Source: Desulfurococcaceae archaeon (GTDB lineage: Archaea > Thermoproteota > Thermoprotei_A > Sulfolobales > NBVN01). Taken from it: DNA of 64,000 nt. Made by a program: the position numbers and the translations under genes. Positions 62,903-64,000 of this stretch are shown here, piece after piece. The notes under the pieces are model-generated. The model was not told the DNA's origin. It did not search any database and saw only the letters and a program-made list of their open reading frames with translations. Every line of letters begins with the position of its first letter. Positions within the stretch are counted from its first letter, which is position 1. The DNA is taken from the NCBI GenBank assembly GCA_020832985.1, contig JAJHRE010000002.1, positions 22,991 through 86,990 on the forward strand. Direction: 5' to 3'.

Positions 62903-64000
62903 GTGTTAACTCCTACTATGAATACTAAGGAAATACTGCAGTACTTAGGTGGTGAGGCAGCTTTTACTTATCTTGCTAAGGCTAAGGAGTTAGAGAAGAA
63001 GGGGATGAAGATCGTTAATTTCGGTATAGGACAACCTGATATACCTACATTCGAACACATCATTAACGCAGCTAAAGAAGCACTTGACTCTAGATTCACT
63101 GGTTATACAGAGACTGCAGGTATCTACGAGTTAAGGGAGGCTATAGCTGAATACTTAAATAATAGGTATAGTTCTGATGTACAGCCTTCAGAGGTTATCG
63201 TAGCTCCAGGAGCTAAAGCAGCTCTCTTCCTAGCACTCTCAGCCTACTTAAGGGAGGGGGATGAGGTCTTAGTACCTGAACCATCATTCCCAGCATATCC
63301 AGAAGTTGCTAAGTTCTTAGGGGCTAAACCTATCTTCATACCGCTTAAGTGGTTAGGACGTGAGAGAGGGTTTAAACTAGATCTTGAATCTATTGAGAGA
63401 GCGATCACACCTAAGACTAAGATGATAGTTATAAATAACCCTCACAACCCTACAGGTGCTGTATTCAGTAGTGATGAGGTTGAGTGGGTTATGGACCTAG
63501 CTAGGAGGAAGAAAATCATAGTATTAGCTGATGAGATCTACGACCACTTCATCTACGATGACTTGAAGTTTAAGTCATTCTTATCATTCCCAGACTGGCG
63601 TGATTATGTGTTATATGTTAATGGATTCTCAAAGACTTTCTCAATGACTGGGTGGAGGTTAGGGTACTTAATAGCTAGGAAGGAAGTTATGCCTAGACTG
63701 ACTGTACTGGCTGTAAATGTATATAGCTGTGCAACTAGCTTTGTACAGAAAGCTGCAGTAGTAGCTCTTAAGAAATCTGAGGAGGACGTTAACAAGATGA
63801 TAGAACTCTTTAGGAAGAGGAGAGACCTAATATGTAGTAGGTTAGATGAAGTGAGGGGATTTGAGGTATGGCCTAGTAAGGGTGCTTTCTACATATTCCC
63901 CAACGTAGGTAAAGTACTTAACGAACTTAATATAACTGTTGAGGAATTCGTAAACAGACTACTCATTAGTAAGGGTGTTGTAGTCCTCCCAGGTACTGCA
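62903..64000 (+). CDS. Class I PLP aminotransferase (aspartate aminotransferase-like), 3'-truncated by window edge
   Basis: GTG start after GGTG SD. FGIGQPD, NNPHNPTG, DEIYD, FSKTFSMTGWRLG, GAFYIFP. Confidence 0.92.
   Translation, partial: MLTPTMNTKEILQYLGGEAAFTYLAKAKELEKKGMKIVNFGIGQPDIPTFEHIINAAKEALDSRFTGYTETAGIYELREAIAEYLNNRYSSDVQPSEVIVAPGAKAALFLALSAYLREGDEVLVPEPSFPAYPEVAKFLGAKPIFIPLKWLGRERGFKLDLESIERAITPKTKMIVINNPHNPTGAVFSSDEVEWVMDLARRKKIIVLADEIYDHFIYDDLKFKSFLSFPDWRDYVLYVNGFSKTFSMTGWRLGYLIARKEVMPRLTVLAVNVYSCATSFVQKAAVVALKKSEEDVNKMIELFRKRRDLICSRLDEVRGFEVWPSKGAFYIFPNVGKVLNELNITVEEFVNRLLISKGVVVLPGTA

Overview
AT-rich, gene-dense archaeal chromosomal DNA of Thermoprotei (crenarchaeal, Desulfurococcales/Sulfolobales-like) character. 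This is inferred from GGTG-type SD sites, TATA promoters, the lysWXJK and hisCGABFDEHI gene orders and an sR1-like C/D guide RNA. It is mostly housekeeping: taw1, tldD/tldE, xerA, a metal ABC importer, a divergent pyr cluster, hypD/hypC, lys, pgk, an XPD-like helicase, his, AOR, ino1 and a MacB-type ABC with a large Ig-repeat surface protein. No tRNA, rRNA or CRISPR array was seen. I added three ORFs the track missed (lysW, a CTG-start PadR regulator, a 43-aa Zn finger), a truncated aminotransferase at the right edge and two box C/D sRNAs. Most notable: (1) HypC fused in frame to an acyl-CoA thioesterase; (2) a ~294-bp non-coding IS607-like element with GG ends, a promoter and a K-turn-containing omegaRNA-like fold inside a decayed thi4; (3) four genes whose conserved N-termini have no ATG/GTG/TTG, each next to a tiny upstream start-stop ORF; (4) an AOR followed by two uncharacterised Cys-rich partners. 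All functional calls come from motif recognition, not database searches.
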